Assembly: GCA_049596455.1 (NCBI GenBank)
Contig: JBMYLP010000004.1
Span: forward strand, 56,644 to 120,643
Reading direction: 5' to 3'
Length of the DNA stretch: 64,000 nucleotides
Source: Flavobacteriaceae bacterium
GTDB lineage: Bacteria > Bacteroidota > Bacteroidia > Flavobacteriales > Flavobacteriaceae
A program made the position numbers and the translations under genes. Under the pieces are notes generated by a model that was given only the letters and a program-made list of their open reading frames with translations, was not told the DNA's origin and searched no databases. Positions 50,767 to 60,101 of the stretch are shown piece by piece. Each line of letters starts with the position of its first letter. The stretch's first letter is position 1.

Positions 50767-51378
50767 CTATTTCACAGTTACTGAAAAGGCTTTGTGACCA
50801 TCTAAAAACCCTTCCAAAGAATCATTTTTTGCTACTGAACCTACGCCAGCAGGTGTCCCCGTAAACAAAATGTCACCAATTTTTAAAGTAAAATATTGAG
50901 ACACATGCGCAATAATTTCGTCTATACTCCAAAGCATTAAACTTGTGTTGGCTTCTTGCACAACGGAGCCGTTTTTGCGAAGCGAAAAAGGAATGCTTGT
51001 CAAATCGCCAAAGGCTGATTTATCAAACCATTTTCCCACCACCGCCGAGCCGTCAAATGCCTTTGCTTTTTCCCAAGGCAGCCCGCTAGTCTTAAGTTTT
51101 TGTTGCAGGTCTCGAGCAGTAAAATCAATACCTAAACCAATTTCGTTATAGTATTTATGTGCAAATTTGGATTGGATATGCTTCCCAATGCGGTTGATTT
51201 TAACCAATACCTCCACTTCGTGGTGCACTTCGTTGGAAAATTCAGGAATAAAAAACGGAAGGTTAGATTGCGCAATGGCGGTATCGGGTTTTATAAAAAT
51301 CACAGGCTCATCTGGATGGGCGTTATCTAGCTCATCTATGTGTGCCGCATAATTTCTCCCAATGCAAATAATTTTCAT
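50767..51378 (-). CDS. fumarylacetoacetate hydrolase (FAH) family protein
   Basis: Contains MKIICIGRNYAAHIDEL and GDILFTGTPAGVG. ATG at 51378 overlaps the upstream stop (ATGA). Confidence 0.85.
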   Translation of the reverse strand: MKIICIGRNYAAHIDELDNAHPDEPVIFIKPDTAIAQSNLPFFIPEFSNEVHHEVEVLVKINRIGKHIQSKFAHKYYNEIGLGIDFTARDLQQKLKTSGLPWEKAKAFDGSAVVGKWFDKSAFGDLTSIPFSLRKNGSVVQEANTSLMLWSIDEIIAHVSQYFTLKIGDILFTGTPAGVGSVAKNDSLEGFLDGHKAFSVTVK

Positions 51379-52148
51379 GAATTGGTATTCAAAGTTTCCA
51401 ATTTTATTGCAGTGAGTACTTTTTTGGTATATAACGGAAAATCTGCATCTAACAACCAACTAAAATACCCTGGTTCGCGCTGCAATACATCCACTACTTT
51501 TTTGCCTTTGTGCTTTCCAAAACCAAACGATGGATCGCCGTCATCATCAACAAGAATAAATCCTGCAAAATCAACACTTTTACGCCTTGTTGAGAAAGCA
51601 CTTAGCTTAGCGATATCGTTTTCAAGCATGTCATATTTTTCAATTTGTGCTTTCAACACCTCGTATGTTGCCGTGGTATCGGCCTCTGCGCTGTGCGCAT
51701 TTTCCAAGTTTTTACCACAATAAAATGCATAGGCTGCGCTTAAATTTCGCTTTTCCATTTTGTGAAAAATAGTTTGCACGTCAACAGTCAAATGCTTTTT
51801 AAAATCCACATCAATTCCCGCGCGAAGCATTTCCTCCGCCAATAGTGGAATATCAAATCGGTCAGAATTAAATCCTGCCAAATCGGAGCCTTTAATCATG
51901 TCATACACCTGCTTGCTCAATTGCTTAAACGTAGGTTCATTAGCAACTTTTTCGTCAGTAATGCCGTGTACGGCTGTGGTTTGTGGTGGAATGGGCATTT
52001 CGGGGTTTACCAACCATGTTTTTCCTTCTTTATTTCCGTTTGGAAAAACCTTTAAAATGGATATTTCCACAATGCGATCTTTTGCCACATTCACTCCTGT
52101 GGTTTCTAAATCGAAAAAACAAATCGGGCGAGTCAACGAAAGTTCCAT
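51375..52148 (-). CDS. DnaQ-like 3'-5' exonuclease domain protein
   Basis: Has the ExoI motif FFDLETTG, the ExoII motif AGFNSDRFD and the ExoIII motif HSAEADT. Confidence 0.85.
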   Translation of the reverse strand: MELSLTRPICFFDLETTGVNVAKDRIVEISILKVFPNGNKEGKTWLVNPEMPIPPQTTAVHGITDEKVANEPTFKQLSKQVYDMIKGSDLAGFNSDRFDIPLLAEEMLRAGIDVDFKKHLTVDVQTIFHKMEKRNLSAAYAFYCGKNLENAHSAEADTTATYEVLKAQIEKYDMLENDIAKLSAFSTRRKSVDFAGFILVDDDGDPSFGFGKHKGKKVVDVLQREPGYFSWLLDADFPLYTKKVLTAIKLETLNTNS

Positions 52149-52150
52149 AG

Positions 52151-53452
52151 TTATAGCGTTTGTGTGTCGTCCCAATTTTCGATGCGTTCTTTGAGGCGAA
52201 GCAAGAACATCCCGCCCATGGCACCATTTATAATGCGGTGGTCGTAGCTATGTGATACTACCATTTGTTGGCGCACGGCAATCACATCGCCATGTTCGGT
52301 TTCCAAAACAGCTGGTACTTTTCGAATGGCACCAAGGGCAAGAATTGCCACTTGCGGTTGATTGATAATGGGTGTCCCGGTCAAACTACCAAACATTCCA
52401 ACGTTGGTTATGGTATATGTCCCTCCTTGTACATCGTCGGGGTTTAGTGCATTGTTTCTGGCATTCGAAGCCAATTCATGTACTTTTTTTGTAAGACCAA
52501 CAAGATTGAGTGAATCGGCTTGCTTGATTACGGGAACAATTAGATTTCCATCAGGTAACGCTGTAGCCATTCCCAAATTGATATCTTTTTTCTTGATGAT
52601 GTCTGTTCCGTCTAAGGAGCTATTTAGCAGCGGAAATTCAGGTAAAATTTGTGCGACTAACTGAAAAAATATGGGAGTAAAGGTGAGTTTCACTCCGTGA
52701 TGCTGCACAAAATCTTGCTTTACTTTTTCACGCCATTTCCACAGTTTGGTCACATCGATTTCAATAAAAGACTGTACATGAGCCGATGTTTGCAGGCTTC
52801 GCGTCATATGTTCTGAAATCATCTGCTCCATGCGTGTCATGGGAATTATGGCATCCTCTATGCCTCTAGAAATTGGCGGTGTGGCAGTTGGTGTTTTAGC
52901 CACAGGTGGCGTTTGTGCTTGGGGGGCTTTTCTGCTTTGCACATATGCCAAAATATCCCTTTTGGTTACACGGCCATCTTTTCCTGTACCAGGAACAGTT
53001 GCCAATTCTGCTTCTGAGATATTTTCTTGCTTGGCGATATTTTTTACAAGCGGCGAGTAAAAACGAGCATCATCCGTTGTGGATTGCGGCACAGGAGTTA
53101 CCAATTCTTGGGCTTGCTGCATATAGCTTTCGGCGGTTTGTGTTGCCACCTCGGGGGTTGGAGTTTCTACGGGAGCCGTTGTTTCGGTAACGGTTTCTTG
53201 TGAAATGACTTCATCTGTTTCGATAAGTGCCAGGGGCGCATCAACGGCAACAACAGCATTTACAGGGTGTAAAATTTCTTTGATTACGCCGTTATACTCA
53301 CTCGCTACTTCGGAATCTACCTTATCTGTAGCAACCTCAACAACGGCTTCGTCAGCAGCGACAGTATCGCCTTCTTTTTTCAACCATTGCGTAACGGTTG
53401 CTTCTGAAACACTCTCACCCATGGCGGGTAATACAAGCTGATAAATGGGCAT
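52151..53452 (-). CDS. 2-oxoacid dehydrogenase E2 component (dihydrolipoamide acyltransferase)
   Basis: Has a lipoyl domain (EVATDKVDSEV), an E3-binding domain and a catalytic domain (SHSYDHRIINGA). TACTTTTG box lies 14 nt upstream. Confidence 0.9.
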   Translation of the reverse strand: MPIYQLVLPAMGESVSEATVTQWLKKEGDTVAADEAVVEVATDKVDSEVASEYNGVIKEILHPVNAVVAVDAPLALIETDEVISQETVTETTAPVETPTPEVATQTAESYMQQAQELVTPVPQSTTDDARFYSPLVKNIAKQENISEAELATVPGTGKDGRVTKRDILAYVQSRKAPQAQTPPVAKTPTATPPISRGIEDAIIPMTRMEQMISEHMTRSLQTSAHVQSFIEIDVTKLWKWREKVKQDFVQHHGVKLTFTPIFFQLVAQILPEFPLLNSSLDGTDIIKKKDINLGMATALPDGNLIVPVIKQADSLNLVGLTKKVHELASNARNNALNPDDVQGGTYTITNVGMFGSLTGTPIINQPQVAILALGAIRKVPAVLETEHGDVIAVRQQMVVSHSYDHRIINGAMGGMFLLRLKERIENWDDTQTL

Positions 53453-53493
53453 TCCAATTTTTTTTCAAAAGTACGAATAAATCACGGCTTGCG

Positions 53494-54633
53494 CTACGAC
53501 ATCACAAGCACTTCGCCCTTGGCATTACTAGAATTACTTCCCACGGCGTGACTTTTATCTGAGCTTAAAAATTTATACGAAAACGCATTGCCGTATCTAT
53601 TCATAAAAGAAATACTTTGCTTAAACGAAATAGTGCCTGGGTCAAAAATGAGTTCAGTACCCGTGCTTTTGAATGTTTCTAAATCATCGCAATGATTGGT
53701 ATGCATAAAAGGAATATTCTTATTAACCCCGATTTCAATATTCAATTCGTTGGAAATTAGCCAATAGCAACTGGGCTGCCTTTTCTTTTTTACTGAACGA
53801 GTACCTCTTAAACGCTTAAGGAAACTGAAGGCATTTGTGGCGAGTTTGATCCAAATTTTTACCAATTTGGAAACCTTAAAATGTTTGGTGTAAAAGTAGT
53901 ATAATGCCTCTCTAAACCTTTTTTGATAAGCAAAATCTTTAGGGGTGCTTTCCCCTTTAAAGTGAATTATAGTAATAGTAGGATTGTAATAATTTGATCT
54001 TCCCAATTGTAACGAACGAAAGCTCAAGTCGTCATCCTCACAGTACATAAAACATTCTTCATCAAAGCCTTTAAGCGCACGATAGTGCGTTGTTTTCATC
54101 ATCATAAAAGCGCCTACCAAAACATCTGTTTCTCCTGCTTGATTTGTAGGTAATTTTAAGTTGTAATAGGTTCCAAAGAGCTTAGGAAAGACTTTATATA
54201 ATCCTGATACTTTGGTAAACGCCACCCAAGGAGTAGGCACACCTCGTTTGGATTCTTTTAAAAAACGTCCAGAGCCATCGATGAGTTTTGGTCCCATGAT
54301 GGCAAATTGTTGGTTTTTATCCATAAAATCCAACGCTTTACTAAACGTATCTTCCGCAACAACCGTATCTGGATTCAGAATACATACATACTCTCCTTTA
54401 GCCTTAGAAACTCCTATGTTGTTTCCTTTTGGAAATCCTAAATTCTCATTGTTCACAACAAGTTTTACCTGTGGAAATTGAGCCTTAATCCAAGGCACAC
54501 TACCGTCAACTGAAGCGTTATCAACTACAATTATTTCTGCGTCAATATTTTTGGTTGCTGCCAAAACACTTTGTAAGCATAAATCAATAAAATACTTTAC
54601 ATTATAGTTGAGGATAACTACGGATAACTTCAT
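53494..54633 (-). CDS. glycosyltransferase family 2
   Basis: Contains LSVVILNYN, VDNASVDGS and YCEDDDL. Confidence 0.8.
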   Translation of the reverse strand: MKLSVVILNYNVKYFIDLCLQSVLAATKNIDAEIIVVDNASVDGSVPWIKAQFPQVKLVVNNENLGFPKGNNIGVSKAKGEYVCILNPDTVVAEDTFSKALDFMDKNQQFAIMGPKLIDGSGRFLKESKRGVPTPWVAFTKVSGLYKVFPKLFGTYYNLKLPTNQAGETDVLVGAFMMMKTTHYRALKGFDEECFMYCEDDDLSFRSLQLGRSNYYNPTITIIHFKGESTPKDFAYQKRFREALYYFYTKHFKVSKLVKIWIKLATNAFSFLKRLRGTRSVKKKRQPSCYWLISNELNIEIGVNKNIPFMHTNHCDDLETFKSTGTELIFDPGTISFKQSISFMNRYGNAFSYKFLSSDKSHAVGSNSSNAKGEVLVMS

Positions 54634-54636
54634 GTA

Positions 54637-55254
54637 CTAATTCTTCATAGATGTTTCAAAGGGAATGCGTTGGCTGATGCTGCGTCCCAGTGTAAGTTCA
54701 TCGGCATATTCCAATTCATCTCCCACGCCAATGCCTCTTGAAATGGCAGAAAATGTTAACGGAAAAGGACTTAATTTTTTGAAGATGTAGTAGTTTGTAG
54801 TATCACCTTCCATAGTGCTCCCAAGGGCAAAGATGATTTCTTTTATGCTTCCCTCTTTGACGCGATTGACCAGCGCATCAATGGTAAGCTGATCTGGTCC
54901 AATTCCTTCCATAGGAGAAATCTTACCCCCCAACACATGGTAACGTCCTTTAAACTGTCCTGTTGCCTCTATTGCCATCACGTCTCGCACATCTTCCACC
55001 ACACAAATGATACTTTCGTCACGAAGGGGATTGACGCAAATACTGCATATTTCAGCATCTGAAATATTGTGGCATGTAGAACAATAACGTATTTCTTGGC
55101 GTAATGTTGCAATGGCTGCAGAAAGTCTTTCGCTAAAGTCTTTGGGTTGACGTAACAAATGAAGTACAAGCCGAAGAGCAGACCGCCGACCAATGCCTGG
55201 GAGTTGCGCAATTTCATCTACCGCTTTTTGCACTAAAGACGACGGAAAATCCAT
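54637..55254 (-). CDS. recR: recombination protein RecR
   Basis: Has a helix-hairpin-helix ([12 protein letters not shown]), a C4 zinc finger (CSTCHN...CSIC) and a Toprim domain. The first ATG is at 55254. Confidence 0.93.
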   Translation of the reverse strand: MDFPSSLVQKAVDEIAQLPGIGRRSALRLVLHLLRQPKDFSERLSAAIATLRQEIRYCSTCHNISDAEICSICVNPLRDESIICVVEDVRDVMAIEATGQFKGRYHVLGGKISPMEGIGPDQLTIDALVNRVKEGSIKEIIFALGSTMEGDTTNYYIFKKLSPFPLTFSAISRGIGVGDELEYADELTLGRSISQRIPFETSMKN

Positions 55255-55257
55255 GCT

Positions 55258-55265
55258 CAAAAATA
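55258..55265 (-). promoter_or_regulatory. -7 box TATTTTTG, 3 nt upstream of the recR ATG
   Basis: Exact TAnnTTTG match. Confidence 0.4.
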
Positions 55266-55313
55266 CACTATTTCACCAAAAGCCACACTACCACTATATT
55301 TACCAAAAAATAC

Positions 55314-56795
55314 ATGGCTGCCCAAACATTAGTGCTTTGCCTTTTAATCTATTTTAGCGTATTGTATGGCATATCTCGCCTAGTTGGAAAAAACAATACC
55401 AACACTACTTTTTTTTCAGCCAACAAAAATGCGCCATGGTATTTGGTTGCCTTTGGCATGATTGGCGCCTCACTTTCTGGGCTCACGTTTGTATCGGTTC
55501 CTGGATGGGTGGCAAATACCCAACTTGGATATGTACAAATGGTACTGGGCTACGCACTTGGCTATTTGTTTATTGGAACGATTTTATTACCGCTATACTA
55601 CAAATGGAATGTGGTTAGTATTTACAGTTATTTACGGCATCGATTTGGGGTAAAGACTCATAAAACAGGAGCTTCTTTTTTTATTTTGTCAAGGCTCACG
55701 GGAACAAGTTTTAGATTGTTTCTCGTGCTAAAAGTGCTGCATTGGATAGCTTTAGATGCGCTACACATTCCGTTTTGGGCAAGTGCTGCTGTAGCCATTT
55801 TTGGTATTTGGCTCTACACCCAAAAAACAGGTATCAAAACCATTATTTACACTGATATAGCACAGACTATTTTTATGCTAATCGCACTATGTGTTGGCAT
55901 TTATGTATTGGTTGAGGCATTGCAATTGGACGCAGCATCGTGGTGGACGTGGTGGCAGGCACAGCCTACCACTCAGGTATTTTTTTGGGACGACTGGAAT
56001 AGCGGACAACACTTTATAAAGCAATTTTTGGCAGGAGCGCTTATCTCGTTTACCATGACAGGGCTAGACCAAGAAATGATGCAAAAAAACTTGAGTTGTC
56101 GTTCACTGCGTGACTCGCAAAAAAACATGTTTTGGTTTACCATTACTATGTGCTTAATCACAATATTTTTTTTGGTACTCGGGGTGTTGCTTACCGCCTA
56201 TGCACAAGCCAACGGAATTGCGGCATCTGGTGACAGTCTATTTCCTATGGTTGCCACACAATCGGGTTTGGGAAAACTGTTTGCATATACTTTTGTGTTT
56301 GGGCTTACAGCAGCAGCATTTAGTAGCGCAGATGGTTCCATGACATCATTGGCAACAAGTGCTAGCATTGATTTATGGGAAATTCAACAAGGTGAGAAAG
56401 GTATTCGGCAACGCAAAGTTATGCATCGTATCATGGCAGTGGCACTTTGGTGTTGTATGGTGGTTTTCTATTATTTGATAAAGGATGAAAGTGTTATTGC
56501 ACAATTGCTGCTTTTTGCAGGTTATACCTACGGACCGTTGCTGGGGCTTTTTCTTTTGGGTATTTTTTCAAAACATGCAATCCGCGATCGCTTTGCGCCT
56601 TTGATTTGTATTGCAACGCCAATACTAACGTATGGTATAGCAACGTTGTGCAAATCACATTTTGGATTTGAGTTTGGCTTTTTTGTATTAGCACTTAATG
56701 GTGCCCTTTCGGCACTATTTCTTTGGCTTTCAGGAGTTGGACTACCAATGTATCAAGGCACTTCCCCAAGTGAATCCGCTCCCAAAGGCAGCTAA
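55314..56795 (+). CDS. sodium:solute symporter (SSS) family transporter
   Basis: 493 aa with about 13 hydrophobic segments and an SSF-like N-terminal region. Confidence 0.75.
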   Translation: MAAQTLVLCLLIYFSVLYGISRLVGKNNTNTTFFSANKNAPWYLVAFGMIGASLSGLTFVSVPGWVANTQLGYVQMVLGYALGYLFIGTILLPLYYKWNVVSIYSYLRHRFGVKTHKTGASFFILSRLTGTSFRLFLVLKVLHWIALDALHIPFWASAAVAIFGIWLYTQKTGIKTIIYTDIAQTIFMLIALCVGIYVLVEALQLDAASWWTWWQAQPTTQVFFWDDWNSGQHFIKQFLAGALISFTMTGLDQEMMQKNLSCRSLRDSQKNMFWFTITMCLITIFFLVLGVLLTAYAQANGIAASGDSLFPMVATQSGLGKLFAYTFVFGLTAAAFSSADGSMTSLATSASIDLWEIQQGEKGIRQRKVMHRIMAVALWCCMVVFYYLIKDESVIAQLLLFAGYTYGPLLGLFLLGIFSKHAIRDRFAPLICIATPILTYGIATLCKSHFGFEFGFFVLALNGALSALFLWLSGVGLPMYQGTSPSESAPKGS

Positions 56796-57749
56796 TAAAA
56801 CTGTATCGCCTTGCTTGATTTTACCCTCTCCCCACGCCTCAGATAGCGCAATGGGAATAGAAGCAGCCGTGGTATTTCCATACCGCATGATATTGTTATA
56901 CACCTGGTCATCGCGAAGGCGAAACTTTTTTTGCACGAATTGTGCGATGCGCAAATTAGCTTGGTGTGGTATAAACAAATCAATATCAGATGTGGTTTTT
57001 CCATTTTTCTGTAAGGCTTCCTGAATAACTTCACTAAAGCGCACCACGGCATTTTTAAATACAAGTTGTCCATTCATATAGGGGTGATAGCGCATATCAT
57101 CTTCGTCATAATCAGAAACAATTTCAGGAATCCAACGTTTGGTACTGGGACCAATAATGGCGAGTTCCTCAGCATACTTGCCTTCCGAATATAAATGTGT
57201 GGACTGAATGCCCTTAGTGGTATCTTCTTCACGAGTGAGCACAGCCGCCCCAGCACCATCGCCAAAAATAACAGAAACGGTACGCCCACGTGTGGTGAAA
57301 TCCATGCCGCCAGAATGGTACTCTGAACCTACCAACAGCACATTTTTGTACATCCCTGTTTTAATAAATTGGTCAGCAACTGATAGTCCGTAAACAAAAC
57401 CCGAACACTGATTTCGAATATCTAGTGCAGGACAAGTTCCCATACCCATAAGGTCTTGCAGTAGTACGCCAGAGCCCGGAAAGTACAAATCGGGGCTAAG
57501 CGTTGCAAAGATGACAAGATCAATATCATCCTTACTAATCTCTGTGCGTTTTAGCGCCATTTCGGCAGCTTTGACACCCATAGTTGCTGTGCCCTCGCCC
57601 GAGTCCTTTTGTATCAGCCGACGTTCTTTGATTCCGGTGCGTTCCGTAATCCATTCATCGTTAGTATCCATAAGTTTAGACAAATCGTCATTTGTGACAA
57701 CACTTTCTGGCACATAGTGTCCAAGACCTGCAATTCGAGAACTGTACAT
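56742..57749 (-). CDS. fabH: 3-oxoacyl-ACP synthase III
   Basis: Starts MYSSRIAGLGHYVPESVVTNDDL, has the active-site motif NQCSGFVYGL, and ends GSGFTWGSALIHW. Confidence 0.92.
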   Translation of the reverse strand: MYSSRIAGLGHYVPESVVTNDDLSKLMDTNDEWITERTGIKERRLIQKDSGEGTATMGVKAAEMALKRTEISKDDIDLVIFATLSPDLYFPGSGVLLQDLMGMGTCPALDIRNQCSGFVYGLSVADQFIKTGMYKNVLLVGSEYHSGGMDFTTRGRTVSVIFGDGAGAAVLTREEDTTKGIQSTHLYSEGKYAEELAIIGPSTKRWIPEIVSDYDEDDMRYHPYMNGQLVFKNAVVRFSEVIQEALQKNGKTTSDIDLFIPHQANLRIAQFVQKKFRLRDDQVYNNIMRYGNTTAASIPIALSEAWGEGKIKQGDTVLLAAFGSGFTWGSALIHW

Positions 57750-57794
57750 ATTTAATGAAATTAGAAATACAATAAACGAAATATATTTGGGAGT

Positions 57795-57829
57795 AAAAAA
57801 AGAAGGTGCAACAACCACGATGCACCTTC
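57795..57829 (-). terminator. intrinsic terminator/attenuator hairpin inside the fabH 5' leader
   Basis: On the minus strand: GAAGGUGCA-UCGUGGUUGU-UGCACCUUC followed by U7. It ends 46 nt upstream of the fabH AUG. Confidence 0.6.
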
Positions 57830-57930
57830 AAACAACTTAACCAAAATTAAACAAACCAATATAAGGAGTGTCTGTAATCAATAGAGTCTCATAGCAATTT
57901 TCTCCGCAACAATTCTGTTGACTGATTACT
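57830..57930 (-). ncRNA. candidate structured leader RNA or small RNA between the promoter and the terminator upstream of fabH
   Basis: By-eye helices are GGAGU...ACUCC, GUAAUC...GAUUAC, AGUC...GACU and CAACA-GAAU-UGUUG. No ORF longer than 15 codons is present. Confidence 0.3.
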
Positions 57931-57933
57931 CCA

Positions 57934-57964
57934 CAAATATAAAAATGTTTAACAATAAAACAAA
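57934..57964 (-). promoter_or_regulatory. Bacteroidetes sigmaA-type promoter (TTTG-N19-TATATTTG) facing fabH
   Basis: The -7 box TATATTTG is at 57941-57934 and the -33 TTTG at 57964-57961. Confidence 0.5.
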
Positions 57965-58048
57965 AAATTTAAACAAAATAATTACGCCATCATGTCAGCC
58001 CGTTGATTTTGGTACTTTTTTTGGGTTAAATAGAAAAAATAAAAACTT

Positions 58049-59926
58049 ATGGCTTCAGGTAAAATTAATGTTGCAGTTGAAAATATTTTTCCACTAATTA
58101 AAAAATTTCTTTACAGCGATCATGAAATTTTCTTACGCGAATTGGTTTCAAATGCCACAGACGCTACACTTAAACTAAAACACCTTACCAATATTGGTGA
58201 GGCAAACGTGGAATACGGCAATCCACAAATAGAAATCAAGATTGATAAAGACAAACGCACGCTTCACGTTATTGATCAAGGCTTAGGAATGACCGCCGAA
58301 GAGGTGAATAAATACATCAATGAGGTGGCTTTCTCAGGAGCTGAGGAATTTATAAATCAATACAAAGACAGCGCAAAAGACAGTGGCATTATTGGGCACT
58401 TTGGGCTTGGGTTTTACTCTGCGTTTATGGTTTCAGAGAAAGTTGAAATCATAACCAAATCGCACAAAGATGAACCCGCAGCACATTGGACGTGCGACGG
58501 CTCACCTGAATACACCCTTGTGGAACACGACAAAGCAGCGCGTGGCACAGAAATCATTTTGCATATAGACAGTGAGTCGGACGAATTTTTGGAAGAAGCT
58601 CGTATTCGTGAACTCCTTACCAAATACAACAAGTTTATGCCCATTCCCATCAAGTTTGGCACACGTGAAGAAACTCACGAAGAGGGTGAAGGGGACGACA
58701 AAAAAGAGGTTAAGGAAACGGTGGATAACATCATCAATAATCCAACGCCAGCATGGACTAAAAAGCCAAACGAGTTAAAAGACGAGGACTACACGTCTTT
58801 TTATCGTGAGTTGTATCCCATGCAGTTTGAAGAGCCTTTGTTTCACATTCACCTCAATGTGGACTATCCGTTTGCGCTGACTGGAATTTTGTATTTCCCT
58901 AAGCTCAATAACGACCTCAACATACAAAAAGACCGCATTCAACTGTATCAAAATCAAGTATTTGTAACAGATAACGTGGAAGGCATTGTACCTGAGTTTT
59001 TGACCATGTTACGAGGCGTGATTGACTCGCCAGATATTCCACTAAATGTATCTAGGAGTTACCTCCAAGCAGACGGTGCCGTGAAAAAAATTAGCAATTA
59101 CATCACCAAAAAAGTAGCCGATAAATTGCAATCCATCTTTAAAAACGAGCGTGAAAACTTGGAACAAAAGTGGAACGATATTAAGGTAGTAATTGAATAC
59201 GGTATGCTTTCCGAAGAAAAGTTCTACGATAAGGCAAAAAAGTTCAACCTCTTCCCAACTACCGATGAAACATACCTGACATTGGACGAGCTAAAAGAGC
59301 AAACCAAAGAGGCGCAAACCGACAAAGACGGAAAACTGATTCAGCTCTATGCTGCTAATGTAGAAGAACAACACGCTTATATTCAGGCAGCAAAAGACAA
59401 AGGCTACACGGTGTTGTTGCTCGATTCGCCTATTGTGGGGCACTTGTTACAAAAATTAGAGCAAGAAGACGACAAATTAGGTTTTGTTCGCGTAGATGCC
59501 GACCATATAGATAAGCTTATTGCCAAGGACGAACCGCAACTTTCTAAACTTAGCGATGAGCAAAAAGAAACACTCAAACCGCTTATTGAAGACGTTGTTC
59601 CAAAAGAGCAATACACGGTGCAATTGGAAGCCATGGACAGCGAAGCCGCACCGTTTATGATTACGCAACCCGAGTTTATGCGTCGTATGAAAGAGATGCA
59701 GCAAACGGGCGGTGGCGGTATGTTTGGCGGTGGTTTTCCAGATATGTATCAATTGGTAGTCAATGTAAATCACCCATTGGTATCGCAAATTTTGGAAACC
59801 AAAACCAAAAAGAAACAAGAGCGTCTGATAAAGCAATCGCTAGATTTGGCGCGTTTGTCGCAGTCGCTTCTAAAAGGCGAAGAGCTTACTGCCTTTATCA
59901 AGCGGAGTTTTGATATGATAAAATAA
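58049..59926 (+). CDS. htpG: molecular chaperone HtpG (Hsp90)
   Basis: Contains the ELVSNATDA HATPase motif and GHFGLGFYSAF. Length is 625 aa. Confidence 0.96.
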   Translation: MASGKINVAVENIFPLIKKFLYSDHEIFLRELVSNATDATLKLKHLTNIGEANVEYGNPQIEIKIDKDKRTLHVIDQGLGMTAEEVNKYINEVAFSGAEEFINQYKDSAKDSGIIGHFGLGFYSAFMVSEKVEIITKSHKDEPAAHWTCDGSPEYTLVEHDKAARGTEIILHIDSESDEFLEEARIRELLTKYNKFMPIPIKFGTREETHEEGEGDDKKEVKETVDNIINNPTPAWTKKPNELKDEDYTSFYRELYPMQFEEPLFHIHLNVDYPFALTGILYFPKLNNDLNIQKDRIQLYQNQVFVTDNVEGIVPEFLTMLRGVIDSPDIPLNVSRSYLQADGAVKKISNYITKKVADKLQSIFKNERENLEQKWNDIKVVIEYGMLSEEKFYDKAKKFNLFPTTDETYLTLDELKEQTKEAQTDKDGKLIQLYAANVEEQHAYIQAAKDKGYTVLLLDSPIVGHLLQKLEQEDDKLGFVRVDADHIDKLIAKDEPQLSKLSDEQKETLKPLIEDVVPKEQYTVQLEAMDSEAAPFMITQPEFMRRMKEMQQTGGGGMFGGGFPDMYQLVVNVNHPLVSQILETKTKKKQERLIKQSLDLARLSQSLLKGEELTAFIKRSFDMIK

Positions 59927-59933
59927 AACCTTT

Positions 59934-60041
59934 GGGCACTGAGTTTATCGAAGTGCCCTTCGGCTTTGCTCAGGGGAACTTCGGCTTTGCTCAGGGGAAC
60001 TTCGGCTTTGCTCAGGGGAACTTCGACTTTGCTCAGGGCAC
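59934..60041. repeat. composite repeat: one inverted arm (GGGCACTGAGTTTATCGAAGTGCCC) followed by 4 tandem 21-bp units CTTCGGCTTTGCTCAGGGGAA
   Basis: Units lie at 59958-59978, 59979-59999 and 60000-60020 (identical), and 60021-60040 (degenerate). GGGCAC flanks both ends of the array. Confidence 0.85.
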
Positions 60042-60047
60042 GGAATT

Positions 60048-60081
60048 AAAATCCCTTCACTGTTACAGTTGAGGGATTTTT
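60048..60081 (+). terminator. rho-independent terminator of htpG
   Basis: AAAATCCCT pairs with AGGGATTTT, with an inner ACTG/CAGT helix, and is followed by a T run. Confidence 0.7.
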
Positions 60082-60101
60082 AATACTTTAGGGGTAACCA
60101 A

